The position numbers and the translations under genes were made by a program. From a virus (lineage: Duplodnaviria; Caudoviricetes), in the IMG/VR virus record IMGVR_UViG_3300030095_003206, positions 1-37,874 of that record: a DNA stretch of 37,874 nucleotides, one strand, 5' to 3'. Position 1 is the stretch's first letter; each line of letters opens with the position of its first letter. The notes under the pieces were generated by a model. It searched no databases and had not been told where the DNA came from. It was given only the letters and a program-made list of their open reading frames with translations. Below are positions 23,531 through 33,698 of the stretch, piece by piece.

Positions 23531-24201
23531 TACGTTACCTCCTGGATAACAATAGAACTGTAATACACGCCGCCGCCGCGAACGGCCCCGCCCTGTCCGT
23601 TGAATGTTGTGGTGCCAACCGCAACGGCATAGCCGCCGCGAACTTTAAAAGTTGTGGACGAAGTTGTTCCGGCAGTCATGGCAAACGAAAAATCAATAAA
23701 ATTTAATTCGTTTGAACCGTTGCTTTCTTTATGTCCAACGCATAGCGCGTTTGCGGTACTGTCTTGGAAAAGCGCAGCAGCGACTGCCGCACCACCCGTA
23801 TCGCTTGTCCCAACGTTTGCATGAACATGAATGATAAGCTTGTTCGATGCCGACGTTGGGGTAATCGCGAGCGTCATTATTTCCCCGCCTTCCGAAATTT
23901 GCGGGATGCTGGTGTCGATTGGCAAAGCAGCGGTAGTTGTCGTTGTACTGCCTTCGAGAACATAAGCGGTTTGCACTAGTCCACCGCTAACTTCTGCAAA
24001 CACCGGCACAGAACCAGCGCCTTGTGATTTTAAAAAATGGCCGCTAGTTCCGGCACCAACTGCTGCCGGGTTGCCGCTGGCATCCCAAGTGATAAGCTCG
24101 CCGTCAGTGCCACTTGCGATTTTCGCGAGCGTCACGATGTCATCGCCTAGGTCGCCCGTCGTTAGCGCAACTTCAGCAGGGCTTGATCCAATAAAAGGCA
24201 T
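23530..24201 (-). CDS. Tail fibre/receptor-binding subunit
   Basis: MPFIGSSPA N-terminus; VTLAKIASGTDGELITWDASGNP and ITPTSASNKLII...GTTSSTTFKVR...SSIVIQEV. Confidence 0.75.
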   Translation of the reverse strand: MPFIGSSPAEVALTTGDLGDDIVTLAKIASGTDGELITWDASGNPAAVGAGTSGHFLKSQGAGSVPVFAEVSGGLVQTAYVLEGSTTTTTAALPIDTSIPQISEGGEIMTLAITPTSASNKLIIHVHANVGTSDTGGAAVAAALFQDSTANALCVGHKESNGSNELNFIDFSFAMTAGTTSSTTFKVRGGYAVAVGTTTFNGQGGAVRGGGVYYSSIVIQEVT

Positions 24202-24566
24202 TAGGTTTGCTCCATTACACTCAACGCTGCATCGACGCTCGACGCTACCGAACAGCCAATTGTCATCACGTCCGTTGTTTCAAGGATTAGCTTTTGGCCT
24301 TCAAACAATTCCAGTGTGGTGTCGGCTGGAATTGTCACCTCGTTAAGAAGTGTAATGCTTTCGTTGGCCGTGCTTCCCGAACCTGTGCGGTTCGCCGTGT
24401 CACTGGTAATTTTTACCGTGACTGTGCGCGCTGCATTGATCTTGTTGCAAAGCGCAAGACCAAGGACAATGCCCGTGGTCGATCCAGCCACCGTATAAAT
24501 GGTAGAGTATGTGCCGCTATCGACCGCCACGTCAGCAATCGTAAAAAGTTTAAACGTGTTTGCCAT
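24201..24566 (-). CDS. Tail fibre connector-like beta protein
   Basis: MANTFK...YTV...TT.IVLGL.LCN...IPADTTLEL..GQKLILETTD...S.MEQT. Confidence 0.68.
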   Translation of the reverse strand: MANTFKLFTIADVAVDSGTYSTIYTVAGSTTGIVLGLALCNKINAARTVTVKITSDTANRTGSGSTANESITLLNEVTIPADTTLELFEGQKLILETTDVMTIGCSVASSVDAALSVMEQT

Positions 24567-24576
24567 GTGGTTTCTC

Positions 24577-25275
24577 CTAACCTAAAGCTATTGCTAAAGC
24601 AGTCGCGTCTGCCGTTGAAACGTCGCCATCACTACCAGACGGGCCGGTTGCACCCGTTGCGCCCGTTGGTATGCCAAGTGCGAAGGCAAGCGCGCCACTG
24701 CTTCCCGTATAAGTAACCGACGCCGTCGCACTTGACCCGACGCTTAATGTGCTGACCGAAATAGTTGCGCTCAAAACCCGGCCCGTTGTGTTTTCAAGCG
24801 CATCAGCGTCAGCGTTCCAGGCCAATATCTTGGCCGCAGAAGGCTCTGGCATCAGGTTCGATGCGCCGCCCGTGTAGGTGTCTGGGTATTTAAAGCCTTG
24901 GCTGATGTCGCCGTCACGTTCCTGGCCGGCCATCGAAAGGCGGTCAATGTCGCCTTCCAAGGTGTCGGCGGGGAATGGGTCATTGGTGACGTAGTTGGAG
25001 TTTTGCAAAGTGCTTGTGTTGCGGCGTATGTGCCACTGCACTGTATCGGCCGGCGCCGACGCGGCGACAACGGTTCCGGTAGACCCATCGCCGCCGGTCA
25101 CAGTGAAGTGCGTTGAATAACTGAGCGTTGTCTCCGCGCCCGTCGCAATAGTCCGCTGCACCACGGTCAATTCGGCCGCACTGCCCGTGCCCTGGAAGGC
25201 AAACGTCGTTGGGAACGAAGTCGTCGAACCGTCGCCCGTGTATGATCTGGTTGAAGTGGTCGCTGTAACCGTCAT
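24577..25275 (-). CDS. Tail fibre adaptor protein (T7 gp17 N-terminal-like)
   Basis: SYTGDGSTTSFP..F, IRRNT...Q and FPA.TLE..IDRL; short G-X-Y run; C-terminal ATALAIALG. Confidence 0.8.
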   Translation of the reverse strand: MTVTATTSTRSYTGDGSTTSFPTTFAFQGTGSAAELTVVQRTIATGAETTLSYSTHFTVTGGDGSTGTVVAASAPADTVQWHIRRNTSTLQNSNYVTNDPFPADTLEGDIDRLSMAGQERDGDISQGFKYPDTYTGGASNLMPEPSAAKILAWNADADALENTTGRVLSATISVSTLSVGSSATASVTYTGSSGALAFALGIPTGATGATGPSGSDGDVSTADATALAIALG

Positions 25276-25287
25276 GTCATGTCTCCA

Positions 25288-27771
25288 TTATCGCACGGCT
25301 TCGGTTGGTCTTACGGCGTCAAAATACTCTTGGCCGGTTTCGTCACGAATGCGCTGTTCGTAGTTCCTTGCCCATCCAGGGTTAAGGTATTCGCTTATGT
25401 TCCAGAAAAGCAGATAGTCCAATGCAAGCCGCGCATAAAAGATGTTGGCACCTGGAAGCATCGATTTGGCTACGCGGTATCCTGTCTGGCCAAAGCGGTC
25501 GAGGTCTCCTTCAATTAACTGCTTTGGCATTCCCGAAAGACGGGTAATATTTCCAATAACAGGGCCACCGGCAATTTCGGCAAAACCTTCATTAAACCGT
25601 GAGTCGCCGGCAACCATGCCCATAATCGTATCGCCGTAGAAACCCAACCCGCCACCTTGCATGAGGCTTCTAAACATTACTTTTCCCAAGTTTGCAGGGC
25701 TTTCCGTTAGGTCTATTGGCTTCTTCCCTTTAGCCAGGTCTTTTAATGTTGATGCAATGTAGCCATAGACCATTGAGGTCAGCAGTATTTTGACTAGCAT
25801 TCCCGTTCGGTGGCCTTCGTTGGCCTTGCTAAAGCCGCGAGACAATATTTCCATGCCGTAAGTTACAGAGAACGACTTGAGGTGCATGAACAGATTGAAA
25901 AATTCTGACTTAACTGTGCCGCGCTCTAAACCTCTAGAAAAGACATTTGAGCGGGCGCCTGGCGTTAGAATTGCGCTGTCAGCAAATCCAGTAAAAAACC
26001 CGTTAATACGAATTTGAGCATCAACATCATCGATGGCACTCATGTCGTGGTATTTAATTCCATCAACCTCACGCACCACGCTGTTCATTAAATCAAAATC
26101 TTCGGGCGTCAGGCCGTAGGCTTCCATTTCACTTCGCAGCGACATTTCCAGATCGTCAAATTTTTTGCCTGCTTGTTTGGCAATGAAATTGGACAGACTA
26201 ATTCCAACGGCTGTTTTCAAGCTGTCGTTCATCCAGTTCATGCCGGTCACGCGCATAAGCCAACTAACAGTGCTGGCACCTTGTCCATCCAAAGCATCGT
26301 TGCCAAGCCACCGCGATTGTATACTGGCCATCAAGGCATCCATGCCGACGCCAAGACTATCGGCAATTTCTCTTGCCTCTCCAGTGCGGCGCCCGCCACG
26401 CCCGCCAACAGCTTCTGGAATTAAACCGCCAAGGACAGAAAGGTTTGCTTCAAAGAACGGAATACCAATTTCGTTGAGGCGTATCGATGCCGTGCCTATG
26501 TCACCAATAGATGCAACAGTAGTGCCGCCAAGCACTGCCGCCGATGTCAGGTTTTTGGCCAGATTAGACCCACGCGCTAGATAATAACCTGATTGCCCAA
26601 GCCCTGGTAACGCATTGCCCTGGCCGGTCACCTCATCATAAAGCTGATCTGTTTTAGACTTAAATTTTGTTTCCCTCAGTTCAGCAACAACCGCATAATT
26701 GTCTTCATCAATAGCGCGATTTAATGCCCGCTGATAAAACTCATCCAGCATACTTCTCGGGTTCGGCCCCAAGTGGATCATGGCCGCAACGGAGTCCGAC
26801 ATTCCCAACAACTGGTTTACAAATGCCGTGCCGATATGCTTGTTACCGTAAGCCTGGTTATATGTCCACGCGCTTTCCCCGTCTTGCTTGAAGTGCAAGG
26901 ATCGTGCGTGAGACAGTTTCTTGCCCATGTTGGCAGGGCCGGTAAACCCAGGTGAGTCATCTAGGTTTCCCATCAAGTCGGTGCGCTTGCCCACCGTAAT
27001 TGAACCATAGGCGCCTTTAAGAAACGCTTTCTTATCCGCGGCACTCATTGGGCGCCCGAACGTGCGCTCTTCGTCCAGCAAGGGCAATATATCATTATAC
27101 CATTGCTCAAACCCTGCCCGCGTCACCCGCGTCTTATCATGCGACTGTTTAACGATACGGCCAGGAATACGGCCTATGTCGGCACCGCTACGGTTGGCCT
27201 GTTTTCGCAAAACCTCGTTAGTCGCTTCCATTGCTTCGGCTACGGCCCTGGCAATGTCATTGCCCGATGATCCTGGGTTGTCCACTTCTTGCACAAGGTA
27301 ACGGCCATTCTTTTTGTTTTGCAAAAACCCAATGGCCACGTTTCTTGGTATACCGCTTTTTTCTATTGTCTGGTTGAACACGGCCTTGGCCATCGATGCC
27401 AACCCGCGTGAACTGCTTTCAATGGACTGCTTGTACTGGCTCTTGCCCATTTCACCGGCAAGGATCGCGTGGAGCATACGCGGCACTTCCTCAATAGGTG
27501 TTTCTCTCAGCTTGGTAATAAACGCCATGCGAGTACGGTAGTTAATGGCCGCGTTGCGCTTAAGAATAGCCGCTTCCCGAACCGCATCTGTCACACGGTT
27601 CTGAATAGCCTCATCAACGGCGCGTTGTAAGTCCGTTACCTTTTGCTCTGCCTTGTTTGATTTAATTGTGTCAACAATATCGACAACCTCTGCCAGCAGT
27701 TCTTCCGCTTGCTTTTCGTTCAGATCGGGCATGGCATCGCGAACGGACTGAATGCACTTATCAATGGCCAT
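25288..27771 (-). CDS. Internal virion (ejection) protein, large
   Basis: ATG 27771 (MAIDKCI, TGATG-coupled); R.LHFK, GT..SEF.....HLKSF, QGGGLGFYGD and LPGANIFYAR motifs; located before the tail fibre genes. Confidence 0.8.
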   Translation of the reverse strand: MAIDKCIQSVRDAMPDLNEKQAEELLAEVVDIVDTIKSNKAEQKVTDLQRAVDEAIQNRVTDAVREAAILKRNAAINYRTRMAFITKLRETPIEEVPRMLHAILAGEMGKSQYKQSIESSSRGLASMAKAVFNQTIEKSGIPRNVAIGFLQNKKNGRYLVQEVDNPGSSGNDIARAVAEAMEATNEVLRKQANRSGADIGRIPGRIVKQSHDKTRVTRAGFEQWYNDILPLLDEERTFGRPMSAADKKAFLKGAYGSITVGKRTDLMGNLDDSPGFTGPANMGKKLSHARSLHFKQDGESAWTYNQAYGNKHIGTAFVNQLLGMSDSVAAMIHLGPNPRSMLDEFYQRALNRAIDEDNYAVVAELRETKFKSKTDQLYDEVTGQGNALPGLGQSGYYLARGSNLAKNLTSAAVLGGTTVASIGDIGTASIRLNEIGIPFFEANLSVLGGLIPEAVGGRGGRRTGEAREIADSLGVGMDALMASIQSRWLGNDALDGQGASTVSWLMRVTGMNWMNDSLKTAVGISLSNFIAKQAGKKFDDLEMSLRSEMEAYGLTPEDFDLMNSVVREVDGIKYHDMSAIDDVDAQIRINGFFTGFADSAILTPGARSNVFSRGLERGTVKSEFFNLFMHLKSFSVTYGMEILSRGFSKANEGHRTGMLVKILLTSMVYGYIASTLKDLAKGKKPIDLTESPANLGKVMFRSLMQGGGLGFYGDTIMGMVAGDSRFNEGFAEIAGGPVIGNITRLSGMPKQLIEGDLDRFGQTGYRVAKSMLPGANIFYARLALDYLLFWNISEYLNPGWARNYEQRIRDETGQEYFDAVRPTEAVR

Positions 27772-30251
27772 CAGGTAAGCCCTCCAAGCACACACACGGC
27801 CGCTTGTTCCCAAGCCTTCTGGCTTTCGCGTGTCTTTTCTAATCGCGCCGTTGCTTCATCCAGGTCTTGCCGTGCTTGCGGGTCCGCTATTGGCCTGTCT
27901 TTAGGCTCAAGGGCATCGTCTGCAACCCTGTTCCACCCTACAACTGGCGAAACATCTGTGTTTCTAACATTCCATGTATTATTCGGATCAAATAAGACGA
28001 CAACATTATGTTCTTCTTTCCCAACCAATCTGCCGCCTATATGGGTGTACCCCTCAAATCCCTCTTTAAGCAAAGGCACAGTAATAAAATCAAACAAGCT
28101 GTCACCAGCCTCATCTAAATTAGTGCCTTCTAGTTCCTCCATGACGTTTCTATAAACGTCTAATGCCGTCTTGCCTTCTATCTTAATCGGCGGTTCGCCT
28201 AAATCTTCAACTATCTTTTGGGCGCCTTCTATAAACGTCCGAACAGACGGGTCAGTTGCGGAAGTTTCAAGATCAAGCAATTTCGTTGTATTTAAGTCTA
28301 CCTCATATACATTTTTCTGGCCTGTCCTTTTGCCCCGCGCTCCCGCGTAACCAACAGAAACAGAAACCTTGTCTGTTAGGTAAATACCTTGACCGACTAA
28401 ATTTCCTATTTTGGTTAGATCAGGCGTTAATTCCGATGAACTTTCAATCGCTGTGCCTGTCCCGTGATAGAATTTTGTTGCGTTTATTTCTTCTGGTGTA
28501 GAAACACGGGCAAAGACTTCTTTAGGGGCAGGAGTGGCTTCGGTGCCTAATACTTCTGCTTCCATAACCTTAATCTGTGCTTCAAGTTCGGCAATTTCTG
28601 CTTCAATCTGGGGAACATCTGCCGCTTCGGTAATGTTCTCCATAATGCGGTCAACTTCTGCCGCTAACTCACGTTCTTGCATTTCACCGAAAAGCGTATT
28701 GTCGGAATTGGCATCGCGCACGTCTTGCTGTGCAACTTCTTGGATAGTCGGGCCTTGCGCCTCTGGGTTTATGTCCGATCTAACAACAGGCACTTCTAGC
28801 GGCATTTGGATTTCATCGCCGCTGGCACTTAATGCTTCAAACGTAATCCCTTGTTGTTCGTCTAATGCTACGCCTGTTTTTTGTTGTTGCGGACTAAGTT
28901 TACCAAAATCGTATATGAGAAATTCATCGTTTACTTTTACTATTCTTACCGCTCTGGTCTTTAATAACTCTGATGCTACATTTACAGCATCTGCTTCTTC
29001 TCTGAATGTAAGATATTCACCATCCGGCTTGCGGACAAAATTGTTTTCAACAGTAAGGTCAATGCGGTGGTCGTCTTCGCCAAGAGAACGAACTGTTGCC
29101 GTAAAACCTTCTTCCTCTAGTTGTTGCGCTTTCTTTTCGGCATCCGCAACATTACGAAACGACATTTGTACGCCGTCGCCATCACTTGCCGTCACCCTAA
29201 TAGCGCGGCCTTCACCTAGAGCCGGTTCATCATCAAACTGAACTTCTGCTGGATCACGAATAACGTCACGGTCTTCTCGCGGTCCTCGCGCTGTTCCTTG
29301 ACCCTCTTCAAGGCTCTTACGCAGCGCCGTATCCAGGCCAACTGGTCGCCGGCCTGACATAACTTGGGCGACTGCCACTTGTATAAGTTCACGCCGTGAC
29401 TGTTCATCAATAACGTCAATAGCTTTGCTGATACGTTGCGCCGCCAAAGCATCCTGTGTGATGCCGCCCATTCTGTCGCCAATGGCTCCAATAGTGCCGT
29501 GCATCGCGCCGCCAAGCACCGTACCAAAAGCCAGGTTGGCAAAGCTGTCATAAAGGTCGTAATCGTATTGGGTGGCTTCTGTTGCCGCCAACACAAGCGG
29601 TTCAATCATTGCTGTGCCAACTAAACCTTCAACCGCCCCAACGCGAGTGCGAACAGCCGCACGGCCCGCCCAAGATGCCTGTCGCGCAAGCATCTGGCTA
29701 TACCGCGCTGCACCAATAATAGGAATAAACCCAACTGCCACGTTGAGCGGGTCAAGCAAACTTGCAAACAGGCCGACGCCAAATTGAGCAAACATGGTGG
29801 ATACATCACCATCGGAATTGGCGAGGATGCCTTTCCTTAGCAATTCCTCGTTTTTCCATTTGACGCGAAGCGCAAGGCCTTCTTCGGTTTCACCTTCAAC
29901 CGGCGTTAGGTGCTTTTCAAGTTTTTGTTTCTTAATAAGATCGTTTTGCTGGTCTTCTGAAATTACATCGGGTTCGCGTATCGGCCGTTGTGCCAGCCGG
30001 TCAAATATACGTTGCGGCGTGTTCGTCGGTTCCGCGTCGTCAGCGTCACCCATGTGATACTCAAACTGAGGCTGTAATTCTCCAGCCCGTTCGCCAGCTA
30101 ATTCGTTCCACCGCCAAAGCTGGGTGAGAGGGTTGGTAGCCAGGGCGTCTTCAAAAGACGCGCCCAATACTGTGCTTGTGTCAAACGCACCCTGATGCTG
30201 CAACAAACCAAATTCATTTGTTGGCCCGATAGGATTAAAAAGCTGTGGCAT
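27771..30251 (-). CDS. Internal virion (ejection) protein carrying an ADP-ribosyltransferase-like (ART-PolyVal-type) domain
   Basis: Hydrophobic ASLLDPLN...GAVEG..G...EP...FGTVLGG core; C-terminal FYHGT...GQGIYLTD...GYA...VYEV.L...GFEG...VVLFDP. Confidence 0.8.
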   Translation of the reverse strand: MPQLFNPIGPTNEFGLLQHQGAFDTSTVLGASFEDALATNPLTQLWRWNELAGERAGELQPQFEYHMGDADDAEPTNTPQRIFDRLAQRPIREPDVISEDQQNDLIKKQKLEKHLTPVEGETEEGLALRVKWKNEELLRKGILANSDGDVSTMFAQFGVGLFASLLDPLNVAVGFIPIIGAARYSQMLARQASWAGRAAVRTRVGAVEGLVGTAMIEPLVLAATEATQYDYDLYDSFANLAFGTVLGGAMHGTIGAIGDRMGGITQDALAAQRISKAIDVIDEQSRRELIQVAVAQVMSGRRPVGLDTALRKSLEEGQGTARGPREDRDVIRDPAEVQFDDEPALGEGRAIRVTASDGDGVQMSFRNVADAEKKAQQLEEEGFTATVRSLGEDDHRIDLTVENNFVRKPDGEYLTFREEADAVNVASELLKTRAVRIVKVNDEFLIYDFGKLSPQQQKTGVALDEQQGITFEALSASGDEIQMPLEVPVVRSDINPEAQGPTIQEVAQQDVRDANSDNTLFGEMQERELAAEVDRIMENITEAADVPQIEAEIAELEAQIKVMEAEVLGTEATPAPKEVFARVSTPEEINATKFYHGTGTAIESSSELTPDLTKIGNLVGQGIYLTDKVSVSVGYAGARGKRTGQKNVYEVDLNTTKLLDLETSATDPSVRTFIEGAQKIVEDLGEPPIKIEGKTALDVYRNVMEELEGTNLDEAGDSLFDFITVPLLKEGFEGYTHIGGRLVGKEEHNVVVLFDPNNTWNVRNTDVSPVVGWNRVADDALEPKDRPIADPQARQDLDEATARLEKTRESQKAWEQAAVCVLGGLT

Positions 30252-33002
30252 TTATTTATCTTTTTTTCTTTGTTGCTTTTTTAATTCGGCCAGTAATTCT
30301 CTGTTTGATGAAGTACCTTCGTTTACAGCATTTTTTCCCGCACCTATTAGACGCCTTCGCTCCAATGCTATCTGAGAAGGCTCCGCTTTTTTATTCTCAA
30401 CAACGTCTTCGCCTTTTCCACCAAGAGCGACAAGCGGGCTTTCTTGTTGTTGTTTTAATTTATTAAGCAATCCAGAGCGTTGAGGGGGGTCGTCAGTTTT
30501 TGTTTTTGTAAGTCTCTCGCGCACTGATATTTGTTCCGGTTCGATAGGTTCTGGCTCAGACGGCGCCATAACAGGGTTGGCACCAAGCGAACGCTCCCAT
30601 GTTTGCGTTGCCGTTCGCAATTTGCTGGCACTTCCACGCGCTCCTAAGTTATCCATTGGTACGCTGCTGATGGGCACAACAATAGGAGCGCCGTTGATGT
30701 CGTTAACAGGCGTGTCTAAAGCCGATGCCAATGCCACGCTTTTGCCATCCGGCGTCAGTGTCCATTGCGCGTTTTGTCTTAACAATTTCTTTTTCTGGTC
30801 ATCATTGGCGCCTTGCGTAATCTGGGTTAAATCGACGTTTTTCATATTTTCGTCATTTTTTAACCACTCACTCAGCCCGTACATCAACTGCCGTGGACGC
30901 TCAATAGACCCCTTTGGAACAATCCCTTTTAGTGTCTTATCCCTGATAACCTGGTATTGATCTTCCACAACAATCTTGATTGATTTTTCAACAGCCTTGC
31001 TTACGCTGTCGCCGCCTGCCGCATAACTTCTAGCAAGCAATCGCGCTGAGTCTCGCAACGTATCTACCATCATAAGATTATTGGAGCCGGCAATCTGGAT
31101 CATGTTTTCCATTTTTTTAGTAATGGAACTGTCTATTTCTGTCGTAAGGCCGGAATCTTTGTCGTTTAATATACCGTCAAGAGTCTTCATGCCGCCACCG
31201 CGGATAACGCCCGCAAGGGTTTGTCTTGCCCTTGGGTCTTCCACAACGGCGAGGGCACTTGCCTCTTTTGACAATCCATTCTTCTGCATTTCGCCAAGCA
31301 TAAAGCGCCAATCGTTTTTACCCATTGTTTGGGCAAGATTGTTGAACCGTTCAGCAATTTGTTCCGGCGTCGTATCTTCGGTTTCTATAAATGCAATTTG
31401 CTGTTCAATAAAACTTTTCGGCAACTTGCTTCGCATCGTGCTATCCATGCCGGACAAGCCGTATGCCGCATCACGGGACGCTGCATAATTTGCATAAGCA
31501 CCGGCTATGTCTTCAGCGGAAGCATTTGCAATAATAAGCCTGTTCCATTCTGTAAAGTTTGCCGATACATCATCGTTATTTGTAATTACATATTGGGCTG
31601 GGTCTGCATTTCGCAGCTTAATATCCCGCGCTTTCTCCGTGCGAAACGCCGCTAGCTGCCGTTGATCTTGTAACGCCATACCTGGAATAGTGCGGACTTG
31701 CTCTGTGTCGGCAACAAGTCTTTTTTCCATCGCTATAATTCGTGAAGGATGTTTTCCGGCAATAAATCCCCGATGGTTTGCGCCATCTATAGCATCTTCT
31801 CGCACTGCTTTCATCGTCGCCCGTTCTTCGGGGTCACTTATATGAGCGTCTATTTCTGCATCGCTAATACGGCTTACTAAATCCATAGATAGATTGCCGC
31901 CAACAGATGCGTCTTCAACTATAGATGTAAAGGCGCGACGAAATTTAACAGCCCTTGCATTAGCTTGGGTCTGTACTTTTGCTGCCACCCGATCAACTAA
32001 ACCTTGCGCGCGAATAGCATAAATAGACCGTTGCTTGCTTTTTAAATTCGGAAGATATTTTGAGTTTTTTTCCAATTTCAAAAACTTGGCAGCGCCGCCA
32101 GCAGTTTCGGAATCTTCGCCAATCTGTTGGTTGGCCATCGCAGCATCAACCTCAGATAAAAATCTAATTCTTTCCTGTTGAGCCATCTTGCGGGATGTTG
32201 ACCCAAACCCCACAGATTCCTCTAGTGCCGCGTCCAATTTAGCTATTCGTCTTGCAGCCGCTTCTGGTTCTTCATCAAGATCGACGTTTCTTATCCCTTC
32301 GGCAAAAGCGAGAACAATATTTTCGTTAAGCCTGTCACCTTTAACGGCATCCATTTTTGCGCGAAACTGCTGGCGCTCCTTCTCAGCTTTTTTAGGGCCG
32401 ATTTGGCGGTTGAACTCAAGGCTGTCAATGTCGTCAATGCCTTTTTTTAAGTTAGCCGTCCATACAACTTCGCTGCCATCTTTAATGGCTGTTCTTATTA
32501 AAGTCTCTCTTAGCGCCAGACTATCTGCTTGCAACTCCGCGTTGTCGCGGGCCACCTGTTCCCGGCGGATTTCAATCTGCCCCTTGGCCGACAACATAGA
32601 GTAGTCTTTTTTAAACTTCTCAAGACCATAGGGCGACAAACCTTCAGATGCCGTTTCATAAATCTGCGCCATCCGCGCGTTAACATCATCTGGGTCAGCC
32701 GTTGGCGCCACGGCACCTGGGTTAAACTGACTGCTATTAGGATCGGACTCCCAGGACAGAACTTTGTTTGTGCCAATGCCCTCTTTTAACTCATCCATCT
32801 TGAGCGTGGCATTGACGTAGGATTGCGTGACCATCGCATCGGCCCGCGCCCGTAATTGGTTCTCCCCAATTTCAGAAACAACGCCACCAACCTGTTGCAG
32901 TCCTTGCCCCGTTTGATCATCAGTTAAGACGACAGGCGCAGCAGGGACGCCCGTGGTTGTGGGAAGCGTGGCGCGTCGCTGAAGTGTAGGAATACGGGCC
33001 AT
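30252..33002 (-). CDS. Internal virion (ejection) protein
   Basis: 916 aa, helical; MARIPT...GQGLQQVG start and DPAQYV motif; in the ejection gene block. Confidence 0.75.
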   Translation of the reverse strand: MARIPTLQRRATLPTTTGVPAAPVVLTDDQTGQGLQQVGGVVSEIGENQLRARADAMVTQSYVNATLKMDELKEGIGTNKVLSWESDPNSSQFNPGAVAPTADPDDVNARMAQIYETASEGLSPYGLEKFKKDYSMLSAKGQIEIRREQVARDNAELQADSLALRETLIRTAIKDGSEVVWTANLKKGIDDIDSLEFNRQIGPKKAEKERQQFRAKMDAVKGDRLNENIVLAFAEGIRNVDLDEEPEAAARRIAKLDAALEESVGFGSTSRKMAQQERIRFLSEVDAAMANQQIGEDSETAGGAAKFLKLEKNSKYLPNLKSKQRSIYAIRAQGLVDRVAAKVQTQANARAVKFRRAFTSIVEDASVGGNLSMDLVSRISDAEIDAHISDPEERATMKAVREDAIDGANHRGFIAGKHPSRIIAMEKRLVADTEQVRTIPGMALQDQRQLAAFRTEKARDIKLRNADPAQYVITNNDDVSANFTEWNRLIIANASAEDIAGAYANYAASRDAAYGLSGMDSTMRSKLPKSFIEQQIAFIETEDTTPEQIAERFNNLAQTMGKNDWRFMLGEMQKNGLSKEASALAVVEDPRARQTLAGVIRGGGMKTLDGILNDKDSGLTTEIDSSITKKMENMIQIAGSNNLMMVDTLRDSARLLARSYAAGGDSVSKAVEKSIKIVVEDQYQVIRDKTLKGIVPKGSIERPRQLMYGLSEWLKNDENMKNVDLTQITQGANDDQKKKLLRQNAQWTLTPDGKSVALASALDTPVNDINGAPIVVPISSVPMDNLGARGSASKLRTATQTWERSLGANPVMAPSEPEPIEPEQISVRERLTKTKTDDPPQRSGLLNKLKQQQESPLVALGGKGEDVVENKKAEPSQIALERRRLIGAGKNAVNEGTSSNRELLAELKKQQRKKDK

Positions 33003-33003
33003 A

Positions 33004-33693
33004 TTAATCCCCCAATAAACTTGTGCCGGCGCCGTAGCGGTACTGCCTATAGCCAGCAGTTGCTAATTCTTTTGCTGCGCCAATTCCGGCACTTGTCATT
33101 GCCGTGGCTGCGTTGGTGCGGTAGCGAGCAGCAGCGGCTTCTTGCCCTGTTGCTTGTTGCAGATAAGCGTCGGCCTGTGTCTCGCCCTTGTAGATAATAG
33201 CAAGGCGCTCTAGTGATCCTTGCGTTTCCGTTTCTAGGGCAACGGCATCAGGCGTTCCCTCATCTATAACCACGCCGCTTGAGCCACCGAAACCTACTCT
33301 TTGCGATGAAATCAACTTTCGCCGCTCAAGGTCAAATCTATCCGCATCAAACTCAGCGGCGCGGCGGGCCATCAGCGCATTGTTCTCAGAAATCTTTTTA
33401 TTGTAGGCCATCATGCCGGCTTGGTACTGGTAATTGCCTTCAGCAATGGCGCCTTGATAAAGAGAGCCAACCGCTGACATCCCGGCACCGGCAAGGTTAA
33501 AGGCACTTCCAGCCCCCATACCAGAAAACATGCTCCCAATGCCCGTAGCAATTGAGCCTGAGAGAGGCGCAAAAACTCCAGCAGAACCAAGCAGTCCAGT
33601 AGTGGCGCCCCCCATAGCCATTGCAGTTGCTCCGCCAGCAGCAGCCGCACCGGCAGTAGTGGCGGCAGTGCCAACCAATAACGGAATACACAT
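33004..33693 (-). CDS. Internal virion protein, T7 gp14-like
   Basis: Met-Cys start, Ala/Gly-rich hydrophobic N-terminus, Q.VGFG.SSGV...GTP; ends TSLLGD; directly after nozzle. Confidence 0.8.
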   Translation of the reverse strand: MCIPLLVGTAATTAGAAAAGGATAMAMGGATTGLLGSAGVFAPLSGSIATGIGSMFSGMGAGSAFNLAGAGMSAVGSLYQGAIAEGNYQYQAGMMAYNKKISENNALMARRAAEFDADRFDLERRKLISSQRVGFGGSSGVVIDEGTPDAVALETETQGSLERLAIIYKGETQADAYLQQATGQEAAAARYRTNAATAMTSAGIGAAKELATAGYRQYRYGAGTSLLGD

Positions 33694-33698
33694 ATTAT

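Noticed and set aside
24620-24670. Collagen-like repeat region
   Set aside because: Only about five G-X-Y triplets; too short to call a collagen domain
22273-25275. Diversity-generating retroelement, expected from the BPP-1-like structural genes
   Set aside because: No reverse transcriptase ORF and no template/variable repeat pair differing at adenines was seen
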